From positions 55,781-119,780 of the forward strand of contig CAVURI010000002.1 of assembly GCA_963743845.1 (NCBI GenBank): DNA of 64,000 bases, read 5' to 3'. A model generated the notes under the pieces. That model worked only from the letters and a program-made list of their open reading frames with translations, made no database searches and was not told the DNA's origin. Position numbers and translations under genes: made by a program. Numbering within the stretch: position 1 is the first letter of the stretch; the number at the start of each line of letters is the position of its first letter. This stretch comes from an uncultured Solirubrobacterales bacterium (GTDB taxonomy: Bacteria; Actinomycetota; Thermoleophilia; Solirubrobacterales; 70-9). Of this stretch, positions 34,846-45,670 are shown piece by piece.

Positions 34846-36248
34846 TCAGCCGCTCGGCGCGGCGCCGGGCGCCGGGGTGACGCGCCGCCGGCTCGGTCGG
34901 CCGGCTCGTCGCTCCAGCTCCGGCAGCGCCTCGACGACCAGGTAGGCGACGACGACGCCGAGGATGATCAGCGGGCCGACGCCGAGGCCGGCCTGGCTGG
35001 TCAGCAGCGTCGCCAGCACGACCGCCGAGAGCGGCAGCCTCAGGACCGCGACGACGGCGGCGCCGATCCCGACCGCGACCGCGGGTGCGAGCTCGAAGCC
35101 GGGGAGCTGGGCCGCCATCAGGCCCGCGGCGGCGCCGAGGAACATCGCCGGGAAGACCGGGCCGCCGCGGAAGCTGCCGAGCGCCAGCGCGTAGGCGAGG
35201 CCCTTGCAGATCAGCAGGAAGGCGAGCGCCCCGAGCGACCACGAGTCGGCGTTCTGGATCAGCGGCCCGATCGCCTCCTGGCCGGAGAAGAGGACCGTGT
35301 CGATGCCCTTGTCGGTGACCTCGTAGAAGAGGATCGCGAGGCCGGCGATGATCGCGCCGATCGCCGGGATCACGACGAACGGCCGCGGCGCCGCGACGTG
35401 CACGGTGCGCCGCCCGAGGAAGAAGATCAGGTAGGTGCCGACGGCGATCGCCGCCGCGACCGGCATCGTCCAGAGGAAGTCGACGAAGTCCGGCCGGGGG
35501 AACTCCTCGAGCGGCAGCAGCTGCAGCGAGATCGCGCTCGTGTTGACGCCCGTCCACGAGCCCATGCCGGTCTCGACCAGCGAGCCGATGCCCGCCGCGA
35601 GCAGGCCCGGGGATCAGGACCAGCGGCAGCCGCTTGCCGCCGAGGCCCGCGGCCTCGACCACGATCACGGCGGCGATCAGCGGCGAGCCGAACAGGAACG
35701 AGAGGCCGGCGAACATGCCCGCGGTCCCGACCAGCTGCGCGACCTGCGGCGGCGCATCCGAGCGCAGCGACTTGACCGCGAAGTAGCCGAGGCCGCCGCC
35801 GAGCGCCATCAGCGGCGCCTCCGGGCCGAGCACCGTGCCGAGGCCGATGCCGGCGACCGCGGCGAGCAGCACGCCGGGCAGGTAGCTGGGCAGCGTCGGC
35901 GAGGCGATTGAGGCCGCCGGCGGGAACGTGGCCGCCGTTGCCCGGGCAGCTTCGCGATCGCGAAGGCGACGATCAGGCCGCCGATCACGAGCAGCGGCAC
36001 CGGCCACCAGACGGGGGTCTTGTCGAAGCCGAGGACGTCGGTCGGCAGGTCCTCGTAGGCGCCGGTCTGGATCAGGTTGACGAGCTCGAGGAACGCCCAC
36101 GCCACGAGCGAGGCGACGAGCCCGACGATCGCCGAGAGCACGAGCAGCACCAGGAACTGGCGGCTGTGCATGAGCGCGTGCGGGTCGACCTCGTCGTCGG
36201 CCTCCGGCAATCCGGCGGCTGCGCGGCGGCTGTGGTCTCCTCGGTCAT
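34846..36248 (-). CDS. ClC-family chloride channel / Cl-:H+ exchanger homolog, about 4 frame breaks
   Basis: ATG 36248 follows GGGAGAGG. Pieces: SRQFLVLLVLSAIVGLVASLVAWAFLEL, LGPEAPLMALGGGLG (GxEGP-like), FLFGSPLIAAVIVVEA and FRGGPVFPAMFLGAAAG (GxFxP-like). Ends at 34846. Confidence 0.75.
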
Positions 36249-36260
36249 CGAGTCCTCTCC

Positions 36261-36877
36261 CTACCCGGTCAGCGCGGCGGGTCTGAAGATCAGGGGCAGC
36301 GACCCGAGCAGGAAGCAGAGGCCCCCCAGCGAGGTCGTGAAGTTGGCGGCAGCCAGATCGAGCACGTCTCCGCTCGAGGGTACGACGTATCCGGCGACGG
36401 CCGAGATCGCCGAACAGCACGCAGCCGAGCAGGTTGATCGCCGCGACCCGCCACTCCGGGCCGTGATGGACGACGGCCCGGGCCTTGTGGACGCTGCGGT
36501 AGGCGATCCAGCCTGCGACGAGGAAGCAGGCCGAGCCGGCCGCCTCCGGGGTCCAGATCAGGCGGTCGACCTGGGAGTTCTTGATCGCCTGCATCCCAGG
36601 CCCGGTAGGTGCTGACGTTGAAGAAGATCGTGCCGGCGAACTGGATCAGGGTCGGCATCCGGTCGCTGCCCTGCGACTGCGCCGCCTGCAGGAACGCGGC
36701 CGAGGTGAAGAAGAGCGAGCCGACGAAGAAGATCGCGGCGTCGGCCTCGGCGCCGACGAGGTCGACGACCCCGGGAAAGGGGCCGACGAAGAAGCAGAAC
36801 GAGCCGATCGCGAAGAGCACGCCGATCCAGCGCGTCAGGCGCGGATCGAACCCCCTCGCTGCCCAGTGGATCGCCAT
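36261..36877 (-). CDS. duplicated YrhK-like membrane protein (tentative), one frame break
   Basis: RWIGVLFAIGSFCFFVGPFPG..IFFVGSLFFTSAAFLQ is repeated as AAGSACFLVAGWIAY..INLLGCVLFGISAVAG. A shift near 36590 is needed. The stop lies 12 nt before the ClC start. Confidence 0.45.
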
Positions 36878-36925
36878 CGCGAAGACGACGCGGGCCCGCC
36901 ACCAGGCGGGCCCGCGTGCCGACGT

Positions 36926-37321
36926 TCAGCTAAGACGCGCGTCGCCGTCAGCGCTCGCGTTGGGGTCGTAGATGAGGATTCCCCACAGGACCCAGACGCA
37001 GAGGACGAACACGCCCAGCGACCACCAGGGGAAGGCACCGCCGACCGAGATCAGGGCCATGATCGCCCCGAGTCCGGCGCCGACGACGCCGACGACGCGT
37101 CCGTAGACGTTCCCCGACATCAGCGAGAAACCGCCGGTCAGCTGGATCAGGCCGAGGATGATCAGCACCCAGCCGAGCTGGTTGAGGTCACTGAATACGA
37201 GCCGGGTGTCGTTGACGAAGATGTTCGCGTCGTCGAGGGCCCCGATCCCGTAGATGATGTTGAGCGTTCCGAGGAGCAGCAACATGACTCCAGCGAACAC
37301 GACTCTTCCGGCACCTTGCAT
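36926..37321 (-). CDS. small multi-TM membrane protein of the actinobacterial FAGxM..WGW.. family (HdeD-like topology is only a guess), intact
   Basis: ORF 36926..37321: VVFAGVMLLLLGTLNIIYGIGAL...LNQLGWVLIILGLIQLTGGFSLMSG...FPWWSLGVFVLCVWVLWGILIY. Confidence 0.6.
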   Translation of the reverse strand: MQGAGRVVFAGVMLLLLGTLNIIYGIGALDDANIFVNDTRLVFSDLNQLGWVLIILGLIQLTGGFSLMSGNVYGRVVGVVGAGLGAIMALISVGGAFPWWSLGVFVLCVWVLWGILIYDPNASADGDARLS

Positions 37322-37444
37322 TTTTGTTCTCCCTTCGTGCTCCGGCCACCCGATGCGACCGGCAGCGGCCGCACGAGGGCGGCAGGGTGAAGGTACGACG
37401 GCGCGATCGGCTCGCCTTCACCCGGTCCGGATGATTCAGGCGGC

Positions 37445-38637
37445 CTAGGTGGCTCCGGGAGCGGCTTCGGGGCCGACCCCGGCGGCGAGCTTCGCCGCCT
37501 CGGCCTCGCGGGCGCGCGCCAGGTCGGCCGAGATCCGGGTCAGCGCTGCGGTCAGCGGCGCCGCCAGGATCAGCCCGAGCGTGCCGAACAGGGCGCCGCC
37601 GGCGATCGTCACGATCAGCACCGCGAGCGGGTGGATCCCGAGCGCGGCGCCCATCGCGAACGGCTGCACCATCTGCTGGAGGATCCCGTTGGCGAGCAGC
37701 TGCACGACGACCATCCCGGCGGCCGCCTCCGGCCCGGCTCCGCCGAGCGCGAGCAGCACCGAGAAGGCGCGCGGCCGCCCAGGCGCCGAGGTAGGGGATG
37801 TAGGCGCCGATGAAGGTGACGGCGGCGATCGTGCCGATCAGCGGCACGCCGAGGATCAGCGCGCCGACCGTGACCACCGACCGCGTTGAAGGCGGCGACG
37901 ATCGTGACGCCGAGGAAGTAGCCCCGCAGCGAGCCGAGCACCCGCTGGCCGATCACCTTGGCGACGGGCTCGGGCACTCCCGATGTGACCCTCGACCCAG
38001 CCGCGGATCAGGGGCCCGTCCTTGAGCAGGAAGAAGAGGCTGAGCAGCATCATCGCCAGGAAGAAGGCGAGCGAGGAGAGCCCCTCGATCCCCGAGACGA
38101 CGCCGTCGAGCAGCGCCGAGACGGCGTCGGTCGATGCTCGAGGCCGCCGGTGTCCCCGGCCTGCTTCGCCTTCTCGGGGTTGAGGCCGAGGTCCTCGGTC
38201 CAGCCCGTGATCGTCGTCTTCGCCTCGTCGAGGTGGCCGCTGACGTTGTCGGCCTGGCCGGTGATGCCGAGCACGACGGTGAGCAGCATCCCGACCGTCA
38301 GGCCGATCAGCAGCAGCAGGATCAGCACCGAGCCGAGCGCGCGGGGGACGCCGTGCTTCGCCATCCGGGCGACCAGCGGCGAGGCGACCGCGGCGACGAT
38401 CGCCGCGACGATCACGGGGACGACGATCACCTGGGTCATCGCCGCGAGCCACACGGCCGCGACGAGCAGCAGGCCGATTCCGAGCGTCAGCCACGAGAGC
38501 AGGCCCGCGTTGCGGAGCCAGTCGGGAACCGAGATCAGCGCGCCGATCTGGCTCGCGTCGATCTCGATGTACTCGGGGCGGGGCTCGCCGCCCGTCTCCT
38601 CGGCGGTCTTCGACCTATGCCGCCGGCCGCGGATCAC
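37445..38637 (-). CDS. AI-2E (PerM/UPF0118) family transporter, at least 4 frame breaks
   Basis: Five ORF-track pieces on one strand join up. They include ..LLSWLTLGIGLLLVAAVWLAAM.., ..LSSLAFFLAMMLLSLFFLLKDGP.., ..LRGYFLGVTIVAAFNAV.., ..ALILGVPLIGTIAAVTFIGAYIPYLGAW.. and ..VVQLLANGILQQMVQPFAMGAALGIHPLAVLIVTIAGGALFG.. Confidence 0.7.
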
Positions 38638-38641
38638 CGGA

Positions 38642-40033
38642 TCAGTAGCCGGTCCCCGTCTTCACCTTGGCGCGCTCGCTCTCGTGCGCGCCGCCCTTCT
38701 TCTCGAGCGAGTCGCAGGCCTCGCCGATGTCGGCGATCAGCGTGTCGACCATCTCGCGGGTCAGCGTCTGCTTGACCAGCGCCCGCATCAGCTTCACGTC
38801 CTGGGCGTTCGGCGGCAGCGTGTAGGCCGGCACCATCCAGCCGCGCTCGGCCGACAGCTGCCAGGCGAGGTCGAACTCGTCGAAGTTCTGATCCCTCCTT
38901 GAGCTGCCAGGCGACGAGCGGCAGCTGCTCCTCGTCCTCGCCGATCAGCTCGAAGCGGCCGAGGTCCTTGAGGCCCTGGGCGAGCCGCTGCGCGTTCTTC
39001 TGCATGCCCTCCATGACCATGCCGTAGCCCGCGTGGCCGAGGCGGAGGAACTGGTAGTACTGGGCCAGGACCATCGCGCTCCCGGTCGAGAAGTTGAGCG
39101 TGAAGGTCGCGTCCGTCTTGCCGAGGTAGTTCTCGTAGAAGACGAGGTCCTCGGGCAGGTCCGACTTCTCGCGGAAGATCAGCCAGCCGATGCCCGGGTA
39201 GACGAGGCCGAACTTGTGGCCGGAGACGTTGATCGAGCGCACCTGCTCGAGCCGGAAGTCCCACTCGCGTGTGCGGGTACAGGAACGGCCACACGAAGCC
39301 GCCGCTCGCGCCGTCGACGTGCAGCGGCACGTCGAGCCCCTTGTCGTTCTTGATCGAGACGAGCAGGTCGTTGATGCCGCCGACGTCGTCGGCGTGGCCG
39401 GTGAAGGTCGTGCCGACGACGGCGGCGACGCCGATCGTGTTCTCGTCGATGTGCGGCTCCACGTCCTCGGGGCCGATCGTGTACTTGCCCGGCTGCAGCG
39501 GCACGATCCGCGGCTCGACGTCGAAGTAGCGGCAGAACTTCTCCCAGACGACGTGGACGTCGCCGCCGAAGATCGAGGTTCGGCTTGTCGGTCGGCTTGC
39601 CGGCCTTCTCCTGCCGCTCCTTCCACTTCCACTTCAGCGACAGCGCGCCGAGCATGATCGCCTCGGAGGAGCCCTGGGTGCGGGCGCCGGTCGTCTCGCC
39701 GGGCGCGTTGAAGAGGTTCGCGAGCATGCGGATGCAGCGCTGCTCGATCTCGGCCGGGATCGGGTACTCGGCGTGGTCGATGAAGTTGCGGTGCAGGTTC
39801 TCGGCGATGATCCGCTGCGCCTCGGGCTCCATCCAGGTGGTGACGAAGGTGGCGAGGTTGCGCATCGGCTCGCCGTCGAGGAACAGCTCGACGCCGACCA
39901 TCCGCATCGCGTCGACCGGCGGCATGCCGCTGTCGGGCAGGCGGTCGGAGGGCGCGTCCTCGAGGAGGAACCTCGCGCCGAGCATTGACGGGTCTGAGTA
40001 GTCCGGGGTGTCGCTATCCATGGCACGCATCAC
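38642..40033 (-). CDS. gadB: glutamate decarboxylase (PLP-dependent), 3 frame breaks
   Basis: Motifs: [50 protein letters not shown] and [23 protein letters not shown] (PLP-Lys motif). The end reads [15 protein letters not shown]. Confidence 0.85.
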
Positions 40034-40105
40034 ACCGCACGATCGCGGCGGGCGTCGTCATCCCATCCGGGTGAATCCCGCAACGAGCGCGAAGTTCGCG
40101 AGCCG

Positions 40106-41037
40106 CTACGGCCCGACCGGGTGCGGCATCGGCCTGCCGTCGAGCGCGGCGATCAGGTTCTCGGCGGCGAGCCGCGCCATCGCCTCGCGCGTCGTGCGCG
40201 AGGCCGAGCCGATGTGGGGGAGGACGGTGAGGTTGGGGGCGCCGAGCAGCGGGTCGTCGGCGGGCAGCGGCTCGGGCGTCGTCACGTCGAGGCCGGCGCC
40301 GGCGATCGTGCCCGGCGACGAGCGCCTCGCGCAGCGCCTCCTGGTCGACGACCTCGCCGCGCGCCGTGTTGATCAGGTAGGCGGAGTCCTTCATCGCCTC
40401 GAGCTCGGCGGCGCCGATCAGGCCGCGGGTCGCCTCGGTCAGCGGGCAGTGCAGGGAGACGTAGTCGGCCTCGGCCAGCAGCGGCGCGAGCTCGTCGTCG
40501 CGGCCGGCCTCGAGCACCCGCATCCCGAAGCCCTCCGCGCGCCTGGCGACGGCGGCGCCGATCTTGCCCGGGCCGACGATCAGCAGCGTCGCCCCGCCGA
40601 CGTCGGCGCCGAGCCAGCCGCCGGGCTCCCAGGTCCGCCACTCGCCGGCGCGGACCGCGTCGGCGGCCTCGACCAGGCGCCGGGCGCAGGCGAGCAGCAG
40701 CGCGAAGGCGAGGTCGGCGGTCGCCTCGGTCAGCACCCCCGGCGTGTTCCCGACCGGGATCCCGCGGCGCTCGCACTCGGCGAGGTCGATGTTGTCGGTG
40801 CCGACCGCCATGTTCGAGACCGCGCGCAGCGACGGGCAGGCGTCGAGCAGCGCCGCGTCGACCTTCTCGGTCAGCAGGCAGAGCAGGCCCTCGGCATCGA
40901 AGTCCGACGCGAGCCCGGCGAGCTCGCCGGCGTCGGGCGGAAGCTCGGCCTCGCGAACCCGCACCTCGTGACCGGCCTCCTCGAGCAGCGTCTCCGGGCG
41001 AGCCGGGCAGCGGGCGGGTGATCAGGACGCGGGCCAC
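40106..41037 (-). CDS. D-2-hydroxyacid dehydrogenase / glyoxylate-hydroxypyruvate reductase family, 2 frame breaks
   Basis: GTG 41037 opens [11 protein letters not shown]. Motifs: [28 protein letters not shown] (NAD fold), [15 protein letters not shown] and, after a shift, [21 protein letters not shown]. Confidence 0.75.
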
Positions 41038-41127
41038 GTGCCAATCATGCCGCGATCAGCGCAAGGCCGGCCGCCCGCGCCGGCCGCCCGCTGAAGCGGA
41101 CGACCGGCACGACGCGGCGGAGCTCGG

Positions 41128-41556
41128 TCAGGGAGTGGTGATCGTCACCGAGTCCTCGACCGGCACGCCCTTGTGGACGTAGGCGCTGTGCTCGTTCGTG
41201 TTGAGCCCGACCGTCACCTCGTGCTCGCCCGGGGCGAGCGATCCGAGGTAGTAGGCGCCCAGGTAGAAGTAGGGCCCGTACATGCGGGTGATCTTGACCC
41301 CGTCGATGAACAGGTGGGCGTGGCCCTCCCACTTCTTGTGCTCGGCGTTGACGTGCTCGGGAGCCCAGGTGAACTTCTTCGTCTTGGCGAAGAGGTTGTA
41401 GCCGCCCATCGGATCCTCGGTGGCCTTGAGCTTGACGCTCATGCCCTTCTTGGCGGGGGTGGGCTCCATCATGCCGTCGGCCGAGGCCAGGCTGGGCACC
41501 GCGACCGCCGCGACCAGCGCAGCGAGCAGTGCGAACTTCGCGATGAGGTTCTTCAT
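41128..41556 (-). CDS. secreted protein, DUF4399-like (tentative), intact
   Basis: The internal ATG 41556 follows AAGGAGAAG. The signal peptide is MKNLIAKFALLAALVAAVAVPSLASA. EGHAHLFIDG resembles the GHHHLLID motif of DUF4399. Confidence 0.5.
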   Translation of the reverse strand: MKNLIAKFALLAALVAAVAVPSLASADGMMEPTPAKKGMSVKLKATEDPMGGYNLFAKTKKFTWAPEHVNAEHKKWEGHAHLFIDGVKITRMYGPYFYLGAYYLGSLAPGEHEVTVGLNTNEHSAYVHKGVPVEDSVTITTP

Positions 41557-41590
41557 CACTTCTCCTTCGGTATTCAGGGAGCCGGAGCCG

Positions 41591-42305
41591 TCAGCAGCCG
41601 CAAGGGGCTGCCGGCGGGCACCGGCGAAATGCGAAAGCAGGGACGCGAGGAGGAGGCGCGCGTCCCGGCGCCGAGTGCGCCATCGGATCGAGGGCCGGCG
41701 CGGTCGCCGGCCGCGGAGAGCCAAGGATGAAAGCCGGGGAGGGGCGGTGCCGCTCGAGCCGGGCGAGGCGGGCGACGAGGTCGACGACGCGCACGGCGCC
41801 GCGCAGCACCAGCGCCAGCAGCAGGCCGATCAGTGCGGCGGCCGGCAGGGCCCAGGCGCCACCGTCGCCGAAGGCGGCGCCGAGCCCCGAGGGGCCGCTG
41901 CCCGAGATCAGCGCCTCGAGCATCTCCTGGCCGGAGTAGATCCCGAGCAGGCCCAGGGTGGACGCGATCCAGAGCACGAGCAGTGTCAGCCGCACCGACC
42001 GCTCGCCGGACCCGGTCTGCCACGCCTGTCCGAGCCGGGCCAGGAAGCCGCCGAGCGCCACCGCGCAGATCAGCGCGAGCGGCGGCAGCAGCTGCCCCAG
42101 GTAGCCGTGTCCGCGGGCATCGAGCATCGAACCGCTGGCGTCGCCGAACGCGAGCAGGTAGCGGATCTCGTGCACCGCGAGGACGGCGACGGGCACGAGG
42201 GCGACGGCGATCAGCAGCCGCGCCGACGGCTGGGTGGCGGGCGCGCCGGAGCGTCGCGGCGTAGATGCCCGCGGCTCCGGAATCGGTGTCAGACCTGATG
42301 CTCAT
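41591..42305 (-). CDS. hypothetical integral membrane protein, one frame break
   Basis: MSIRSDTDSG.. (ATG 42305) joins after a shift to ..LLIAVALVPVAVLAVHEIRYLLAFG..LPPLALICAVALGGFLA..LTLLVLWIASTLGLLGIY.. No family recognised. Confidence 0.35.
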
Positions 42306-42399
42306 CGAGGCGACCGCGGAGCATTGCCGACCGGAGCGGGTTCTGCATCCGGGGGTTCCCCCGACCTCGTCGGTGACCTGCCGCGGCACGGCCGCGATC

Positions 42400-42405
42400 T
42401 AGAAT
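42400..42405 (+). promoter_or_regulatory. -10-like hexamer TAGAAT 9 nt upstream of the GT2 TTG start (near-leaderless arrangement)
   Basis: Read directly from the sequence. No clear -35 element. Confidence 0.25.
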
Positions 42406-42414
42406 CGCCCGGCC

Positions 42415-43470
42415 TTGAGCGGTTCCGGCCCGACATCCGCCGACCCGATCTCGGTCGTGATGGTCACGTACAACTCCGCCGACGCGGTCAGTCGTTCGCT
42501 GCCGGCGATCACCGCGGAGCTGCGGCCGGGCGACGAGCTGATCGTCTGCGACAACGGCTCCGCCGACGGCACCGCCGAGCGGGTGCGCGAGCTCGCGCCC
42601 GGCGCCACCGTCGTCGAGATCGGCGGCAATCCCGGCTTCGGCGCCGCCTGCAACGCCGGCGCCGATCGCGCCCGCAACCCGCTGCTGCTCTTCCTCAACC
42701 CCGACGCCGTCGTCCAGCCGGGCTTCCGCGACGCGATCGTGCTGCCGCTGGCCGAGGGTCGCGGCTGGGATGCGTGGCAGGCGCTGGTCACCGACGGCGA
42801 CGGGACCGAGGTCAACAGCTGGGGCAACGTCGTCCACTTCACGGGCATCGCCTGGGCGGGTGGAGCGGGGCGGCCGATCGCCGAGGCGCCGGCCGAGCCG
42901 CGCGAGGCGACCTTCGCCAGCGGCGCCTGTCTGATCATCGCGAGGGATGTCTGGGAAGAGGTCGGCGGCTTCAGCCCCGAGTACTTCCTCTACCACGAGG
43001 ACACCGACCTCGGCCTGCGGCTGTGGCTCGCGGGCCGGCGCGTCGGGGTCGAGCCGCGCGCCCGCTGCGAGCACGAGTACGAGTTCGACAAGGGCTCGTA
43101 GAAGTGGTTCTACCTCGAGGCGAACCGCTGGGCGACGATCCTGCGCACCTACCCGGCGCTGCTGCTCGTCGTCCTCGCGCCCGGCGCTGCTCGCGACCGA
43201 GCTCGCCCTGCACCTGCTCGCCGCGGCCGGCGGCTGGCTGCCCGAGAAGCTGCGCGCCGACCGGGCCGCTGCTCGCCTCGCTCGGACGCCTGCGCCGCGA
43301 GCGCACGGCGATCCAGGCCGCCGCCGCGATCTCGCCCCGCGCCTTCGCCGACCTGCTCGTCCCCGGGCTCGACTCCGCCTACCTCGGCCGCGCCGCGGGC
43401 AACCGCCTGCTCGGCGCCCTGCTGCGCGGTTACTGGCGCTCTGGCGCTCGCCCTGCTCGGGCCGCGCTGA
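42415..43470 (+). pseudogene. family-2 glycosyltransferase (rhamnosyltransferase-like) with in-frame TAG and at least 2 frame breaks
   Basis: Motifs: ISVVMVTYNSADAV, IVCDNGSADGT, LFLNPDAVV, ASGACLIIARDVWEEVGGFSPEYFLYHEDTDLGLR. Then FDKGS-TAG(43099-43101)-KWFYLEANRWATIL, and after shifts ..ALLATELALHLLAAAGGWLPEKLRA..RRERTAIQAAAAISPRAFADLLVPGLDSAYLG. The end is uncertain. Confidence 0.7.
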
Positions 43471-43592
43471 CCCGGTCGCGGGCGGCGGCGTGGAAACCGA
43501 CGCATTTGCAGGCGGGACAAGCACGGAAAAGCCTGTAAGTCGCATTCTGTACTCTTGCTGATCGTATGTCCGCCGCGTAGCAAAAGGTGGGC

Positions 43593-45530
43593 GTGCTTGG
43601 CAGCTGGGGTGCGGTCGGCTGTCGCGTCGGCGCTGCCCTCCCCGGCGAATGCCCATGATCTGCGAAGCGGTTCCTGGGGGACGAGCCGGATCGCAGCGGA
43701 GGTAGCCGCGCTGGGCTACGACCACGCAGCTGAGCACGCCACGATGCCCGACCCCGCTGGCCGCGCGCGAGGAGGGTCCGACGACCTCTCCTGCGAACGC
43801 GGTCACGGGCGGCGCGCCGGAGGATGTCGGCCGCTGGGTCGAGGGTCCGAGCGGCGTTGATCGACCTGCCGAACTTCGCGATCCACGCGATCATGATGCC
43901 GACCGGAAAGGTGCTCTTCTGGGGCTACCCGCCGACGCCGGAAGGCGGTGTGCGCCCTAACCGCGGCGAGGCCGCGATCTGGGATCCGCGGCTCGGCACC
44001 GGACCCGAACTCGGTCTCAGGAGCTGGACCCGCCGCTGATGGACCCGGACGGCCCGGCCGGTCCGCAGTCTCCGGTCCCGGCCGACGATCTACTGCTCGG
44101 GGCAGTCGCTGCTGCCCAACGGCGACGTGCTGGTCACCGGCGGCAATCTGGTCTGGCCCGACCAGTACCCGAGCGACAACTACACGGACGCGGCCGGCCT
44201 GCGCACGGTCTACACCTTCGACCCCTTCGCGGAGCGATGGGTGCGCCAGGACGACATGGCGGACGGTCGCTGGTATCCGACGCAGGTCCTGCTCGGCGAC
44301 GGTCGAACGGCGATCATCGGCGGACGAACCGGAGACGAGAGCCCCCCGGGACGGGCGCGCGCAGCAGCGACAAGGCGGAGGTCTTCAGCCCGTCGAGGCG
44401 AACGGCGGCCGGGGCAGCGTTGAGACGGCGGGTCAGGGTGGTGAGTTCCTGACCTCGCTCTATCCGCACCTGTTCACCGCTCCCCGACGACGAGGTCCTG
44501 ATGTTCGGGCCCGGCTACTGGGAGACGAGCCGCTTCGACTTCTCGCCGCGGGAGGGACAGCGACGCGCTCCTACGGCGGCGATGCGCGTCGACGGCGTGA
44601 GCCGCTACGGCGGAACGGCCGTGCTCGAGCCCGGGCGTCTTCGGCGGCAGCTGGAAGGCGATGCAGTTCGGCGGCTGGGACGACAGCCGGCCGGTCAACG
44701 GTGACGGGCTGCTGCTTTCGACGAACACGAGCACCGAGATCGACGGCAGGACGCTGAAGTCGTCGAAGGGCGAGCGGACGCCGGTCGCTCGCGCCTACGC
44801 CGACACCGTCCTGCTGCCCGACCGCTCGATGGTCAACGTCGGCGGCGCCGCCGGCCGCAGCGGGGAGTACGGCAACTACTACACCGACGACGACCCGAGG
44901 CTGAAGCAGGTTGAGGTCTACGACCCGAAGACCGACAGCTGGAGCACTGGGGCCGAACCAGCGCGAGTACCGCACCTACCACTCGGTCGCGCTGCTGCTC
45001 CCGGACGGTCGCGTCTGGTCGGCCGGCGACGACTTCCACGAGGACCGAGCCGACCCAGGCCGGCGACGGCTTCACGGCGCTCGACGAGTGACACGGCCGA
45101 GATCTACGAGCCCCCGTACCTGTTCCGCAAGGGCCCCCGGCCGAAGATCGAGAAGGTCGCCACGGAGATCGGATACGGAGACGAGTTCGGGATCGAGACG
45201 ACCAAGGGGCGGGGAGAGACGGCGGTGCTGATGGCGCCGGGCGCGCCCACCCATGCGGTCGACATGCAGCAGCGGATGGTCGTGCTGAAGAAGATCGACG
45301 AGGTGCGCGGCAGAGGTCTCGAACATGAAGACGCCGAACGCCGGCGGGGCCGCTCCGCCCGGCTACTACATGCTGTTCGTGATGAGCGCCAACGGCAAGC
45401 CGTCGATGGCGGAATGGGTCAAGTTGAGCGGCGACGCGAACAAGCGCAAGAGCAGACTGCTGAAGAACGACAGGCGCGGCAGCAAGTCCAGGCCGGCGCG
45501 CGAGGGGAATCAGGCCGCTCTCAGCCATAG
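43593..45530 (+). CDS. GlxA/glyoxal-oxidase-like radical copper oxidase (Kelch beta-propeller + DUF1929), paralog 1, at least 6 frame breaks; both ends approximate
   Basis: Pieces: VIDLPNFAIHAIMMPTGKVLFWGYPP, NGDVLVTGGN, FDPFAERWVRQDDMADGRWYPTQVLLGDGRTAIIGG, YHSVALLLPDGRVWSAGDD, TAEIYEPPYLF, THAVDMQQRMVVL and APPGYYMLFVMSANGKPSMAEWVKL. Confidence 0.65.
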
Positions 45531-45670
45531 GGCCGCCTCGTCGCTCAGGGTTCTGCGTGCCCGCGAGCCTCGGACACCGCCGCGTCGAGGCCCGAAGCGG
45601 CCCTGCGCGAGGACGGTCGGTCGATTCTGTAGTTTCATCTACGTATGTTGGGGATCCGAAAGGGGTGGAG

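Noticed and set aside
43099-43101. TAG as pyrrolysine or programmed read-through
   Set aside because: No pyl genes or PYLIS-like context are present in the window. It is a single occurrence in an ordinary GT2, so mutation or base-call error is far more likely.
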